The notes below the pieces were generated by a model. It did no database searches. It worked only from the letters and a program-made list of their open reading frames with translations, and was not told where the DNA came from. Made by a program: the position numbers and the translations under genes. This document shows positions 1-10,522 of a stretch of DNA of 32,000 bases, one piece after another (the stretch's first letter is position 1; each line of letters opens with the position of its first letter). Source of the stretch: Nostoc sp. PCC 7120 = FACHB-418 (GTDB lineage: Bacteria; Cyanobacteriota; Cyanobacteriia; Cyanobacteriales; Nostocaceae); contig NC_003272.1 of assembly GCF_000009705.1 (NCBI RefSeq), positions 3,810,001 to 3,842,000 of the forward strand, in the 5' to 3' direction.

Positions 1-870
1 TTGGTTTAGCCAGGACGGAGTTTATCATTGCTAACCAAATCCAAGTCCATCCCTTGGCGTTGATTCACTACGACAATTTAGCGGATGCAGAACAAAAAGC
101 CAAAGTTGCGGCTATCACCGCCATGTATGACGATAAACCCCAATATTTTGTAGATAAATTAGCCCAAGGTGTGGGCAGAATTGCCGCCGCCTTTTATCCC
201 AAACCTGTGATTGTGCGAATGTCCGATTTTAAGAGTAATGAATATCGCAACCTTGCAGGGGGTTCCCAATTTGAACCAGATGAAGAAAACCCGATGCTGG
301 GCTGGCGGGGGGGCTGCACGTTATTACGATCCAGGTTATAGAGAAGGTTTTGCTTTAGAATGCCATGCTATCAAGCGGGTGCGGGATGAAATGGGGTTAA
401 CTAACGTTATTCCCATGATTCCTTTCTGTCGCACACCAGAGGAGGGACGTTTGGTTTTAGCAGAGATGGCGAAACATGGTTTAAAGCAAGGTGTTAACGA
501 CTTGCAGGTTTATGTAATGTGCGAGTTACCAAGTAACGTCATCTTGGCCGAACAGTTTGCAGAGGTGTTCGACGGTTTCTCCATTGGTTCCAACGACCTG
601 ACTCAGCTGACACTAGGATTAGATAGAGATTCAGCTTTAGTCGCTCGACTATTTGACGAACGTAGCCCAGCTGTGAAACAAATGGTGAAAATGGCGATCG
701 CCTCTGCAAAAAAACAACGCCGCAAAATCGGCATCTGTGGGCAAGCACCAAGCGATTACCCGGAATTTGCCCAGTTTTTGGTAGAAGAAGGAATTGATTC
801 TATTAGTCTCAATCCCGACTCTGTATTAAAAACGATGCTGGAAATAGCTAAGGTGGAACAGCAAAGCTGA
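1..870 (+). pseudogene. ppsA: Phosphoenolpyruvate synthase (PpsA), C-terminal part. The 5' end is off-window and the frame is broken by one extra G in a G7 run (nt 307-313).
   Basis: The frame is open from nt 3 ([24 protein letters not shown]...[10 protein letters not shown], to nt 311). It continues in the +1 frame from nt 313 ([41 protein letters not shown]...[11 protein letters not shown]...) to the stop at 868-870. Together these read as the PEP-utilising-enzyme TIM-barrel domain of PpsA. Removing one G restores [13 protein letters not shown]. Confidence 0.8.
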
Positions 871-972
871 GGTAGGAGGTAAATCAATTCAAAATACCCT
901 ACGGGTTCGCGTAGCGTTCTCGAAGAGTAGGCAAGCCTACAAAATTATAGAATTGCTGACTCAGCACTCGTC

Positions 973-1299
973 TTACATCCTAGCCAAGGCTGACACTTTG
1001 GAAAGCTTGTCTTTAGATAACCCTTCCAGTTCGTTGACATGAAGCCAGCCGTCTTTGACTAACCCAGCAAAGACAAACAACAGAGCCGAGTATTGGTAGT
1101 CATACTTGCCCTCGATTTCATGCCTTCTAGCACTCAAGAAATCGTGTAATTGCCAAAGCTCGTCCAACTCTACAAGTGTGCTGGCTTCTTTTTGAACCTG
1201 TTTGAGCAAAGCCTCAATCTCTCGTTTGTAGGCTTGATCAAAGGCTGTTCGAGCTATCGTCTTTTCAATATCACTCCACTCGGCTTCACTCACGTACAT
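973..1299 (-). CDS. frp: Fluorescence recovery protein (FRP), which returns OCP to its inactive form
   Basis: 108 aa. It aligns over its full length with Synechocystis FRP (Slr1964) as I remember it, e.g. ...AFDQAYKRE...LWQLHDFLSARRHEIEGKYDYQYSALLFVFAGLVKDG...KLSKVSALARM. It lies directly downstream of ocp on the same strand, the canonical OCP1-FRP arrangement. Confidence 0.85.
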   Translation of the reverse strand: MYVSEAEWSDIEKTIARTAFDQAYKREIEALLKQVQKEASTLVELDELWQLHDFLSARRHEIEGKYDYQYSALLFVFAGLVKDGWLHVNELEGLSKDKLSKVSALARM

Positions 1300-1347
1300 G
1301 ACTCAATCTTAAACTTGTATTAATTAATTGCGTTTGCTCAGAATAAT

Positions 1348-1375
1348 TGAGCGCCCTTCGTTAAGAGAGCGCTCA
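1348..1375 (-). terminator. Stem-loop in the ocp-frp intergenic spacer (possible attenuator or partial terminator)
   Basis: The minus strand reads TGAGCGCTCT-cttaacga-AGGGCGCTCA. This is a 10-bp stem with one G.U pair and an 8-nt loop, followed by AUUAUU. It sits between the ocp stop (1415) and the frp start (1299). Confidence 0.3.
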
Positions 1376-1414
1376 CCGCGATAATCAGCTATTTAGTTGT
1401 TTTGTTATTTTCCT

Positions 1415-2374
1415 TTAGCGAACCAAGTTCAAAAGTTCTTTGGGAGAGGCTAACAAGTCAATAGCTACGAAGAAGATTTTACCTTGGGGGTTGAGCAAGA
1501 AGCGCCAAGCCATGTTCATCCCTACTGCTGCACCAAACCAAGGGGTCTGAACTTTACCTGTCACTTTCACCTGAGTATAGCCATCGTCTGCGGGTTCAGC
1601 CACACCGCGCTCTGGAAGCAAGTTGAGGTTCTGGCATTCTTCACGGAAGAACCGCAGAATTGCATCCTTACCAACGATTGGTCTTTGGAAGGGAGGCTGC
1701 AAAGCTCCATCCTCCACGAACAACTTGATCAGTTCATCAAAGTCATTGGCGTTCAAGTTGTTCATGTAATTCAACACAGTGGAATTATTAATTCCCTCAA
1801 TGGTGACTTGAACACGCTGGGAAATATCTTTAGGTGCAACTAATGGTTCAGCAACTCTTGTGTAGCCGTCTAGTTTAGCTGCATCAAATCCCATATCTAC
1901 AACGGAACTGCGGAGGACGGTAATCTGTTGTCCTTGATCCAGACTTTTCAGGGTTTCCAATACTGCATTAGCATTGGCTGAAAGCTGATAGCCAGCAGGA
2001 ATTGGCGCAACGGCACCTTGCTCCATCCATTCTCCCAGTTGATTCCAAAAACCTAACTTGATATTAGGCGACCAAGTAGCATAGGTGCGGCAAATGGGCG
2101 TATCTGTGTGGTTTGCCAGGTCGCACATAACCTGAGTTTGTTCCTCAAAGGTCATTTCCTTGATTTGCTTGAGGATACCTTCCGCAAACTGCATACTAGC
2201 TGCACCAGGCGCTGCAACAGTAATAGTTTTGCCCATCTCTAAGAAAGCGAACCATGTCCATGCCAGTTGATCTTCTGCACTGAGTTGGTTGAATCGTGCA
2301 GTCAGCGCTGGCACTGCATCAGCCTGTAATGTGTTAGGGAAGATACGACGGGCGGAATCGATAGTAATTGCCAT
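1415..2374 (-). CDS. ocp: Orange carotenoid protein (OCP, photoactive keto-carotenoid-binding quencher of phycobilisomes)
   Basis: 319 aa. The N-terminal helical carotenoid-binding domain (MAITIDSARRIFPNTLQADAVPALTARFNQLSAEDQLAWTWFAFLEMGKTITVAAPGAA...) and the C-terminal NTF2-like domain (...TPWFGAAVGMNMAWRFLLNPQGKIFFVAIDLLASPKELLNL) are near-identical in pattern to Synechocystis Slr1963. Confidence 0.95.
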   Translation of the reverse strand: MAITIDSARRIFPNTLQADAVPALTARFNQLSAEDQLAWTWFAFLEMGKTITVAAPGAASMQFAEGILKQIKEMTFEEQTQVMCDLANHTDTPICRTYATWSPNIKLGFWNQLGEWMEQGAVAPIPAGYQLSANANAVLETLKSLDQGQQITVLRSSVVDMGFDAAKLDGYTRVAEPLVAPKDISQRVQVTIEGINNSTVLNYMNNLNANDFDELIKLFVEDGALQPPFQRPIVGKDAILRFFREECQNLNLLPERGVAEPADDGYTQVKVTGKVQTPWFGAAVGMNMAWRFLLNPQGKIFFVAIDLLASPKELLNLVR

Positions 2375-2822
2375 ACAGAGAGCTACCTAGCTAAGTTTTT
2401 ACCTGACAAGAGGCGAAGCAAAAAGTTTCAGAAGATACAGTTTTGCTCCTGTGTCCAAACTATCACAAAAGTTTGCATAAATTAAAAAAAATTTACACTT
2501 TACTCAGATGATTGACTTGACAAAAAGCTGTAACTATTGAATCGTCTACTCTTCAGGGATCAATCCTCGTTTGAGGAAACTGCTTATCTGTAAATCATTT
2601 AGGTTATTCATTGACAAATAATCCTAAAAATGATTACCTGCGAACTTGAACTCTTCTGCGTCTTTGAATGTGTTTGTTTATTCGGATGGGTGACAAAGTA
2701 TGCAACAGAAGCATAACAAGCTATGCTGATTTACGGATTTAATTGCTATCCTCATTATTTATGCTTTAGTCACGATGCACCGAAAATTAGCGTAATACCT
2801 AATAACTAATGACTAATTACTA

Positions 2823-4283
2823 ATGACTAAAAATTGGTATCGAATTGGCTTGGTCGGTATATTCTTGCTATCACTGTCTTTAAGGTTTTGGGGACTAGAT
2901 AGATTTAATACTCTCGTATTTGATGAAATTTACTACGCTAAATTTGGTCACAACTATCTCAACTACATACCATTTTTCGATGCTCATCCACCTTTAGGCA
3001 AATATATGATTGCTATGGGAATGTGGCTGAGTAGCTATATTCCTTTTTGGCAAGAGGGCGTAAACGGATTAACTGGTGCATTGCGCTCTCCTTGGAGTTA
3101 TCGTTGGGTTAATGCTCTATCTGGCTCATTTATTCCGCTAATTATTGCCAATATCGCTTATCACATCAGTTATCGACGCAGCTTTGCTTTAATTGCTGGT
3201 TTATTTACTGCTCTTGACGGTTTGTTTATTGTAGAATCTCGTTATGCCCTCATCAATATTTATATCGTCATATTTGGCTTATTGGGGCAATGGTTATTTT
3301 TATTAGCATTAGCTAGTCAAAAGCAGAGACGTAATTTATATTTAGTCATAGCTGGTATGGCTTTTGGTTGTTCAATCGCCACAAAATGGAATGGTTTATT
3401 TTATTTAGTAGGTATTTATTTAATTTGGAGTATAGCTTGGGTTTGGCAATTCATTACATCTGAATATCAACCAAGAGATAATTCTGCTGATGTAGAACCT
3501 ATTAGCCTTCAGACTTCACTATATAATATAACACAAATCAATATTGGACAAATTATATTTTTCTTAGGGATTATCCCCACTGTAATTTATAGTTTGATTT
3601 GGATACCACATCTACAAATAAATCCTAAATATGGATTTATTCAAGTACATCAAGAAATATTAGGCTTTCACGAACGTCTTGACGGTAATACGGCTCAAGT
3701 ACATCCTTACTGCGCTGCTTGGTATAAATGGCCTTTGATGATTCGGCCAATGGCATATTATTATCAAACGGCTCAAAGTGTTAATGATCCATTACCCGTT
3801 TTAGGGCCGCCTTTGCCTAGTGGTGCCGGGAAAGTGATTTATGATGTTCATGCAATGGGTAATCCTTTCTTATGGTGGTTTGGTGTTGCTGCATTATTAT
3901 TTTTGCTGGGGATGCTGATAGCAAAAGTGATGATTCCTTTGGTAAAAGAAAGGCGCTTATCTTTGCCAGCAAAACTTTCTGTTGATACTTGGATTTCTTT
4001 ATATATAGTCTGGAATTACGCTATCAATTTATTACCTTGGACGATAGTGTCACGGTGCGTTTTTATCTATCATTACATGACAGGTGTAGTGTTTGCATTT
4101 TTAGCGATCGCCTGGTTTGTTGATCAATGTCTGCGTAGTTATTATCGCCCATTGCGGCTCGTCGGTGTGACGATTTCCTTTGTAATTATTGCTGCGCTTA
4201 TTTTTTGGCTCCCCGTTTATTTAGGTTTACCCCTTTCTCCTGAGGGTTACAAAATGCGGATGTGGTTTAAATCTTGGGTGTAG
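2823..4283 (+). CDS. Polytopic membrane glycosyltransferase, GT39/PMT-like (polyprenyl-phosphate-sugar dependent)
   Basis: 486 aa and highly hydrophobic with more than 10 predicted TM segments. The N-terminal loop motif FDEIYYAKFGHNYL...FFDAHPPLGKY is typical of the PMT / phospholipid-carrier-dependent glycosyltransferase family. Confidence 0.7.
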   Translation: MTKNWYRIGLVGIFLLSLSLRFWGLDRFNTLVFDEIYYAKFGHNYLNYIPFFDAHPPLGKYMIAMGMWLSSYIPFWQEGVNGLTGALRSPWSYRWVNALSGSFIPLIIANIAYHISYRRSFALIAGLFTALDGLFIVESRYALINIYIVIFGLLGQWLFLLALASQKQRRNLYLVIAGMAFGCSIATKWNGLFYLVGIYLIWSIAWVWQFITSEYQPRDNSADVEPISLQTSLYNITQINIGQIIFFLGIIPTVIYSLIWIPHLQINPKYGFIQVHQEILGFHERLDGNTAQVHPYCAAWYKWPLMIRPMAYYYQTAQSVNDPLPVLGPPLPSGAGKVIYDVHAMGNPFLWWFGVAALLFLLGMLIAKVMIPLVKERRLSLPAKLSVDTWISLYIVWNYAINLLPWTIVSRCVFIYHYMTGVVFAFLAIAWFVDQCLRSYYRPLRLVGVTISFVIIAALIFWLPVYLGLPLSPEGYKMRMWFKSWV

Positions 4284-4341
4284 AAGGAAAAATCCCCAGT
4301 TTGTTCAAGCAACTAGGGAATTCTCAACTATTACAGATGAA

Positions 4342-4950
4342 TTATGTTGGCTTTAACTCATCCAAGGCTAGATTCAATTGCAAAACATTAACCCCCGGTT
4401 CACCAAAAATGCCCAGAAATCGACTATCAGTATTTTGAGTAATCAAAGTTTCTAGCTGTTGGGGTGGGAGTTGGCGCACTTTGGCTATACGGGAAACTTG
4501 CGCTCTGGCAGCTTCAGGGGTAATGTGGGGGTCAAGGCTGGAACCAGAAGTATAGACTAAATCGGCAGTTGGTTGGATACCAGATGTTTGCAACCGATTT
4601 AAGTCTTCATCTTTGATACGTTCTATTAATTGGGGGTTACTGGGAGCCAAATTACTAGCACCAGAAATTCCTGTTTGTAAAACTAGATTATCATCTTTGT
4701 TTGGGTTAGCCGTGCTGTAGACAGTGGTACTAGGACGAGAGTTAAAATAGCGATCGCTAGTAAAAGGTTGACCAATTAAAGTCGAACCCAAAACTTGACC
4801 CCGACTATCCCTAACTAAACTACCGTTTGCCTGATGGGGAAATACAATCTGTCCAACAGCAATCATAAAAAAAGGATAAATCACAGCAGCAATTACCCAG
4901 AGTACAAAACTAGAACGAATTGCCCTGCTAGCTTCGCGTGCAAAACTCAT
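4342..4950 (-). CDS. kdpC: K+-transporting ATPase subunit C
   Basis: KdpC-like sequence: a single N-terminal TM, ...FPHQANGSLV...LGSTLIGQPF...YFNSRPS...ASGASNLAPSNP, then SGSSLDPHITPEAA. I moved the start to the internal ATG (MSFAREASRAIR...), which overlaps the kdpG stop as TAATG. The longer track ORF (to 5034) would overlap kdpG. Confidence 0.9.
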   Translation of the reverse strand: MSFAREASRAIRSSFVLWVIAAVIYPFFMIAVGQIVFPHQANGSLVRDSRGQVLGSTLIGQPFTSDRYFNSRPSTTVYSTANPNKDDNLVLQTGISGASNLAPSNPQLIERIKDEDLNRLQTSGIQPTADLVYTSGSSLDPHITPEAARAQVSRIAKVRQLPPQQLETLITQNTDSRFLGIFGEPGVNVLQLNLALDELKPT

Positions 4951-5162
4951 TAGAACTTCTCCGGTATAAACATCACAAAAAATAGATAAATAGACAGACT
5001 CAACGTCACTACTCCTAAAAGCCCCAAAGCCCAAGCCTGTGTACGGGAAAACTCATCACCAGTAGCCGCATAAACAACAGGTGCAACCACAAGGTTAAAA
5101 CACATCCCCAAAAAGATAGACAAAGGCAATCTACGCCCACCAAAAATCAAAGACCTTCTCAT
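4950..5162 (-). CDS. kdpG: Small hydrophobic Kdp subunit KdpG (cyanobacterial-type gene between kdpB and kdpC)
   Basis: 70 aa from the first ATG (MRRSLIFGGRRLPLSIFLGM...), with a GAGGA motif 8 nt upstream; the track ORF starts at an upstream TTG (5177). It has two predicted TM helices. Position between kdpB and kdpC, with stop/start overlap to kdpC, matches the kdpABGC order described for Anabaena. Confidence 0.7.
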   Translation of the reverse strand: MRRSLIFGGRRLPLSIFLGMCFNLVVAPVVYAATGDEFSRTQAWALGLLGVVTLSLSIYLFFVMFIPEKF

Positions 5163-5209
5163 ATCTCTATTCCTCAAGAAAAACTCCGCGCCCCTCTGCG
5201 TTTCCCCTA

Positions 5210-7336
5210 CTAAGAAAAAGGCAAAATCACATCAATTAATTTGATGGCAATAAAAGGCGCAATAATACCACCAAGACCATAAATAAAGATGTTCCGTCTT
5301 AATAATTGGTCTGCCGTTAGTGATCTAAACTTCACACCCTGAAGCGCCAAAGGAATTAATGCCGGAATAATCAGAGCGTTATAAATCAGCGCCGAAATAA
5401 TAGCAGATTGGGCGCTTTTTAAACCCATAATATTCAGCGCACCAATACCAGCCGCCCCAAAGATAGTAGGCAGAATGGCAAAATATTTGGCGATGTCATT
5501 AGCAATTGAGAAAGTTGTCAAAGCGCCACGAGTAATCAACAACTGTTTACCAATAGTGACTAAATCAATTAATTTAGTGGGGTCAGAATCCAAATCCACC
5601 ATATTAGCGGCTTCTTTGGCGGCTTGCGTCCCAGAGTTCATTGCCAAACCCACGTTAGCTTGAGCCAAGGCTGGGGCATCATTAGTACCATCCCCAGTCA
5701 TGGCGACTAACTTACCCTGAGATTGTTCGTTGCGAATTACATCAATCTTGTCTTCTGGTGTTGCTTCGGCAATGAAATCATCAACCCCTGCTTCTTGTGC
5801 AATTACACTAGCGGTAATGTGATTGTCCCCTGTGAGCATAATTGTCTTGACACCCATCCGCCGCAGTTGCTCAAACCTTTCTCGCAAACCGGATTTGACA
5901 ATATCTTTAAGATAGATGACTCCAAAAATTTCGTTATCTTGACAGACAGCTAAAGGTGTACCCCCCAACAGGGAAACGCGCTCATAGGCTACATCGACAT
6001 CACTAGGAATAGAACCACCGCGAGAACGGATAAAGCCCTTAATCGCATCTACTGCACCTTTACGGACTTGCTTCCCGTTGGGTAAATTCGTGCCACTCAT
6101 GCGAGTTTTGGCGGAAAATTCCACACCTTCTGCTTGGTTAAGATTAACATCTGCCAGAATTTTGTATTTTTCTGCAAGTTTGACAATTGATTTGCCTTCT
6201 GGAGTTTCATCAAACAGACTGGCTAATTTCGCAATTCTCGCCACATCTTCGACTGTGTAGCTATTCACAGGAATAAACTCATCAGCCATACGGTTTCCGA
6301 AGGTGATAGTACCTGTTTTATCTAAAACTAAACTATTGATATCACCGCAGGCTTCCACTGCTCGTCCAGAGGTAGCGATGACGTTAAATTGAGCTACCCT
6401 ATCCATCCCGGCGATACCAATGGCACTAAGCAAACCGCCAATAGTTGTGGGAATCAAAGCTACTAATAGAGAAATCAGAATAGCGATACTTGCACCTGCG
6501 CGTAAACTGTTTGCTGCCTCTGCCCCAAATGCAGTGCTGATAAAGTTAGCAATATAGTTCACAAAAGAAGGCATGGTTGCCACTACGATTAAGAAAACCT
6601 GGGTTAATACAGCTAACAATACCGTCAAAGCAATCTCATTCGGAGTTTTAGAACGTTCTGCCCCTTCTACAAGGGAAATCATCCGGTCAATAAAACCCTG
6701 ACCAGGATCAGCCGTAATCCGAATTATTAATTCATCTGAGAGTAAGCGTGTTCCTCCAGTGACAGAACTGGCAATATCTGTACCTGGTTGCTTAAGGACA
6801 GGGGCAGATTCGCCTGTAATTGCTGACTCATCCACTGAACCAATACCCTGTATAACTTCCCCATCGCCGGGAATCATATCATTAGCTACTACCTTGATTA
6901 CATCGCCTCGTCGCAGTTGTGTAGAACCAATTTTTTCTAGAGAACCATTGGGTAAGACTTTCCAGGCGATGGTATCGGAACGGGTAGCTTTTAAACTATC
7001 TGCTTGTGCTTTACCTCGTCCTTCCGCTACGGCTTCAGCAAAGTTGGCAAATAAGACTGTGAAAAACAAAATTAAGGTAATCAACCCGTTGAGTAGACGT
7101 TGTTGGTTGATATTTGCCTGTACTGTTCCGAAGAGATTGGGGTTAAGAGTGACGAGAAATGTCACAATTGTCCCCACCCAAACAATAAACATTACAGGGT
7201 TTCTAACGGCTATTTTGGGGTGGAGTTTAACAAATGATTCTTTAATAGCTCTTTGGTAGAGTCCTCGCATATCTGTTTTAGGAGTACGTTGGCGCGAGTC
7301 ACGAGTTTCATGAGGTAGACGAGATGGCGATCGCAT
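5210..7336 (-). CDS. kdpB: K+-transporting P-type ATPase catalytic subunit B
   Basis: 708 aa. It carries the P-type ATPase motifs [16 protein letters not shown] and [15 protein letters not shown], and the KdpB-type N-terminus ...[17 protein letters not shown]. The start may instead be the internal Met23. Confidence 0.95.
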   Translation of the reverse strand: MRSPSRLPHETRDSRQRTPKTDMRGLYQRAIKESFVKLHPKIAVRNPVMFIVWVGTIVTFLVTLNPNLFGTVQANINQQRLLNGLITLILFFTVLFANFAEAVAEGRGKAQADSLKATRSDTIAWKVLPNGSLEKIGSTQLRRGDVIKVVANDMIPGDGEVIQGIGSVDESAITGESAPVLKQPGTDIASSVTGGTRLLSDELIIRITADPGQGFIDRMISLVEGAERSKTPNEIALTVLLAVLTQVFLIVVATMPSFVNYIANFISTAFGAEAANSLRAGASIAILISLLVALIPTTIGGLLSAIGIAGMDRVAQFNVIATSGRAVEACGDINSLVLDKTGTITFGNRMADEFIPVNSYTVEDVARIAKLASLFDETPEGKSIVKLAEKYKILADVNLNQAEGVEFSAKTRMSGTNLPNGKQVRKGAVDAIKGFIRSRGGSIPSDVDVAYERVSLLGGTPLAVCQDNEIFGVIYLKDIVKSGLRERFEQLRRMGVKTIMLTGDNHITASVIAQEAGVDDFIAEATPEDKIDVIRNEQSQGKLVAMTGDGTNDAPALAQANVGLAMNSGTQAAKEAANMVDLDSDPTKLIDLVTIGKQLLITRGALTTFSIANDIAKYFAILPTIFGAAGIGALNIMGLKSAQSAIISALIYNALIIPALIPLALQGVKFRSLTADQLLRRNIFIYGLGGIIAPFIAIKLIDVILPFS

Positions 7337-7359
7337 AAAGTTGGGTGAGAGTTGACAAA

Positions 7360-9099
7360 TTACCCATTACCAATCCAAAACGCTTCACCAATGGGGCCGA
7401 ATGCTAGTAAAGGAAAGAATGTCAGTGCGCCGAGGATTAAAATGACACCGGCTGTTACCCCTGTGAATAGTCCTGTGTCGGTTCGCAATGTCCCAGATGT
7501 GAAGGAAACTTGTTGTTTACGGCAGATACTATCGGCCAGGAATAGCAAGCCGATGATGGGGATATAACGCCCTGCTAGGAGACTAAAGGAGGTGCTGAGG
7601 TTCCACCATAAGCCTGTGATTGTTGGTTGTGCGCCAGAGGCGATCGCCAATGGGGATGCTTGACTATCTCCTAGTCCTTCAAATCCTGAACCGTTGTTAG
7701 CGGCGGCGGAAGCGTATTCATAAATCACTTGAGCGAAGCCGTGAAAACCTGGGTTGCTGATTCCTGCTAACTGTTCGCTGAAAGCCAAGGTGATGGCTGA
7801 TGGAATCATGATGGCTATGGGGTGGACTAAGAGAATGAGAAAGCTTGCCAGCACTACTTCGCGTTTTTCGATTTTGCGTCCGAGAAATTCGGGTGTACGT
7901 CCTACCATCAAACCTGTGACAAATACTGCCAAAATTAGGTAAGCGAACAAGTAAGCTGTTCCGGTTCCTTGCCCACCCCAGACAATTTGTAGGAACATAT
8001 TTGACAGGGTGACAAAACCCCCGTTGGGCATGAATGAATCGTGCAAACTGTTGATAGCACCGCACATGGTGGCGGTTGTACTGACGGTAAACAGTGCAGA
8101 TTGCGCCCAACCAAACCGGACTTCTTTACCTTCTAAGTTCGGTTGTATGCTCCCCAATAGTGCGTTTACATCTGGGTTGCCGTTATATTCACCAATAGCA
8201 GTGATGATAATAAAAGCTAGATAAATTACGCCTACCATGCCATAGACTAGCCAAGCTTGTTTAATGTTGTTGGCAAATAAGCCGTAGGTGTAAATCAAGG
8301 CAGTGGGAATCGACAACATCGCCATAATCTCAATTAAGTTGGAAAACCCGTTGGGATTCTCAAATGGATGTGCCGAGTTGATGGCAAAAAAGCCGCCGCC
8401 GTTCTCTCCCAGTTCTTTGATAATTTCGTAGTGGGCAACAGGGCCGCGAGCGATCGCCTGACTAATGTTAGGATTTTCTATGGTGGGTAATACAATCGGC
8501 CCTGCCAATGTTTCTGGCACGCCCGCAGCCATGAGCGCAATACCACCCACAATACAAATAGGTAGCAAAATCCTGGTTATGGTGCGGGTTAGGTCTACGT
8601 AAAAATTACCCAATGGTCTACCTGTCAACCCGCGAATAAAGGTAATGGCTACAGCCAGTCCTGTTGCTGCTGAGGTGAACATATGATAACCCAGCCCAAA
8701 CATTTGACTACCATAGCTGAGGGAGGTTTCTCCTGAGTAGTGCTGTTGGTTGGTATTGGTAATAAAGGATATAGCTGTATGTAGCGCTGTATCCCAAGTT
8801 GGCGCACCTATATTTGTAGGATTTAGGGGCAACCATCCCTGATTCATCATCAGCAAAAACACAAACAATCCCATCACGAGATTGCTATACAAAATGGCTC
8901 GTGCATATTGCCAACCCGTCATATTTTCTCTAGTTTGAACACCAATTAAGACATAAATTAATCGCTCAACTGGATTCAGAAGTGGGTCAAAGACAGTGCG
9001 TTGTTCTTGATAAATACGCGCCATGTATCGCCCGAAGACAGGAGTAATGGCTACTACAATCAGTAGCGTTAAGGCGATTTGTGTCCAACCTTGTAACAT
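7360..9099 (-). CDS. kdpA: K+-transporting ATPase channel-like subunit A
   Basis: 579 aa. KdpA-type sequence: [30 protein letters not shown]..., [10 protein letters not shown], and selectivity-filter-like repeats. Its stop lies 23 nt upstream of the kdpB start. Confidence 0.95.
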   Translation of the reverse strand: MLQGWTQIALTLLIVVAITPVFGRYMARIYQEQRTVFDPLLNPVERLIYVLIGVQTRENMTGWQYARAILYSNLVMGLFVFLLMMNQGWLPLNPTNIGAPTWDTALHTAISFITNTNQQHYSGETSLSYGSQMFGLGYHMFTSAATGLAVAITFIRGLTGRPLGNFYVDLTRTITRILLPICIVGGIALMAAGVPETLAGPIVLPTIENPNISQAIARGPVAHYEIIKELGENGGGFFAINSAHPFENPNGFSNLIEIMAMLSIPTALIYTYGLFANNIKQAWLVYGMVGVIYLAFIIITAIGEYNGNPDVNALLGSIQPNLEGKEVRFGWAQSALFTVSTTATMCGAINSLHDSFMPNGGFVTLSNMFLQIVWGGQGTGTAYLFAYLILAVFVTGLMVGRTPEFLGRKIEKREVVLASFLILLVHPIAIMIPSAITLAFSEQLAGISNPGFHGFAQVIYEYASAAANNGSGFEGLGDSQASPLAIASGAQPTITGLWWNLSTSFSLLAGRYIPIIGLLFLADSICRKQQVSFTSGTLRTDTGLFTGVTAGVILILGALTFFPLLAFGPIGEAFWIGNG

Positions 9100-9406
9100 T
9101 GGTGTTTTGAATTGGTAAAACGTAATATTACTTACATAATTGTTTTGTTTGTTGCAGAAATCAAGGGATAGAAAAATATAAAATTTATTTATTTTTTATA
9201 TATAGTGTTTAGTCGTAAATCTATATCAGTGTTTATATATCTTCTAAACGCGAAGTTTTGTATAATTTATGAATATATAGGAACCTGATTTAATTCTGGA
9301 AATTATTTGCTTAGGTAGGAAACAGTAAGCAAGTTAGGTAGAGGTATACTGACTTTTTTTCATGAATCAAATATTAGTTTTATAGCCAAATTACGAATTA
9401 ATATAA

Positions 9407-10522
9407 ATGCTATCCCGGCGAACTAAATTACTATCCCAAAACTCATTTTTGGTAAAAGCCTCAGTCATCTTAGGGCTATTGATCACAGTGATTTCTATGG
9501 AGTTTTCTACGCCAACAGAATATGTATTTGGATATCTTTATACTGGGCCAATTCTGTTAGCTAATCACTGGTTTGGACGTATAGCAACTTTATTGACGAC
9601 ATTTATTGCTGTATTTTTAACAATTCTTAATCTTGGTTTTCCAAATAATGAAGTGATTAGGTTTCCTACAGTTGCTAGTCGGATGATCGCTTGTATGTCC
9701 TTAATTGTAACAGGGATTTTAAGCGATCGCCTGCGTCGTTCTCAAGAGGCGATCGCCCTCACCCGTGCCAAATTAGAATCACAGGAAGAATTAGTCAGAC
9801 TGCGGGAAGATTTTGCTTCTACTCTCACCCACGATTTGAAAACACCGCTTTTGGGTGCTATTGAAACTCTCAAAGCTGTTCAACAAGAAAAATTTGGTGC
9901 GGTATCATCAGCACAGCAGCCGGTGTTAGCCACAATTATCCGCAGCCATCAAACTTCTCTACAACTCCTAGAAACTTTATTAGATATCTATCGCAATGAT
10001 ACAGAAGGTTTACAGCTCAATTTAATTCCTGTGGATTTAACCACTTTGGCAGAAGAAGCAGCGAGTACACTAATTGATTTGGCTGCTAGTCGGCGAGTTC
10101 ATATATCGTTTAATTATGGTGACTCTGATTGGCGGCGATCGCTGTGGGTAAACGGTGATCCTCTGCAATTGCAACGGGTGTTGTATAATCTCCTAGTCAA
10201 TGCTATCAATCATTCTCGGCGGGGCGATCGTGTAGAGGTTGTATTGGAAACCCAAGCTTCCTATCAAGTAGTAAAAATTTCCGATACTGGCGCAGGTATT
10301 CAAGCAGAACAGTTTCCTCATTTATTTGAACGATTTTATCAAGGCCATAGTGAACGCCAAGCCAAAGGTTCAGGTTTAGGACTTTATTTATCTCGACAAA
10401 TTATTGCAGCTCATAACGGTATAATTTGGGCAGAGAATAGAGTTCCTACGGGTGCTATGTTTGCATTCAAATTGCCTTTTCTCCCATTTCAGCCCTCTTT
10501 ATCTGCGTCAGATGGCTTCTAA
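9407..10522 (+). CDS. Membrane sensor histidine kinase (multi-TM N-terminus, HisKA + HATPase_c)
   Basis: 371 aa with about 4 N-terminal TM helices. It has an H-box (FASTLTHDLKTPLLG), an N-box (LLVNAINHS) and G-boxes (DTGAGI, GSGLGL). It is divergent from kdpA across a 307-bp AT-rich spacer. Confidence 0.85.
   Translation: MLSRRTKLLSQNSFLVKASVILGLLITVISMEFSTPTEYVFGYLYTGPILLANHWFGRIATLLTTFIAVFLTILNLGFPNNEVIRFPTVASRMIACMSLIVTGILSDRLRRSQEAIALTRAKLESQEELVRLREDFASTLTHDLKTPLLGAIETLKAVQQEKFGAVSSAQQPVLATIIRSHQTSLQLLETLLDIYRNDTEGLQLNLIPVDLTTLAEEAASTLIDLAASRRVHISFNYGDSDWRRSLWVNGDPLQLQRVLYNLLVNAINHSRRGDRVEVVLETQASYQVVKISDTGAGIQAEQFPHLFERFYQGHSERQAKGSGLGLYLSRQIIAAHNGIIWAENRVPTGAMFAFKLPFLPFQPSLSASDGF

Noticed and set aside
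871-972. Short hairpins CTACG-N6-CGTAG and GTAGGC-AA-GCCTAC between the convergent ppsA and frp genes, as terminators or a tRNA-like element
   Set aside because: The stems are only 5-6 bp, only a 4-T run follows on the minus strand, and there is no tRNA cloverleaf or T-loop consensus. It may be a small dispersed repeat, but I cannot support a call.
1484-1843. 119-aa plus-strand ORF antisense to ocp, and the 70-aa ORF 539-751(-) antisense to ppsA
   Set aside because: They are nested in well-supported genes, have no homology signal and no plausible start context.
4951-5034. N-terminal 28-aa extension of the kdpC ORF
   Set aside because: It would overlap kdpG by 84 nt. The conserved KdpC N-terminus begins at the internal ATG, which forms a TAATG junction with kdpG.
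5475-7259. Plus-strand ORFs of 60-166 aa (5475-5663, 5723-5953, 6078-6260, 6759-7259) inside kdpB
   Set aside because: They are fully nested antisense to a strongly conserved P-type ATPase gene, have low-complexity translations and no recognisable motifs. They are shadow ORFs.
7352-8224. ORFs 7352-7567(+), 7718-8110(-), 7754-7942(+) and 8009-8224(+) within kdpA
   Set aside because: They overlap kdpA in other frames or on the other strand, and their Arg/Ser-rich or otherwise odd composition is typical of off-frame translation.
9100-9200. Search for a kdpF-like mini-ORF upstream of kdpA
   Set aside because: The minus-strand sequence upstream of the kdpA ATG contains only an ATG followed immediately by TAA. 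There is no hydrophobic 25-30 codon ORF.
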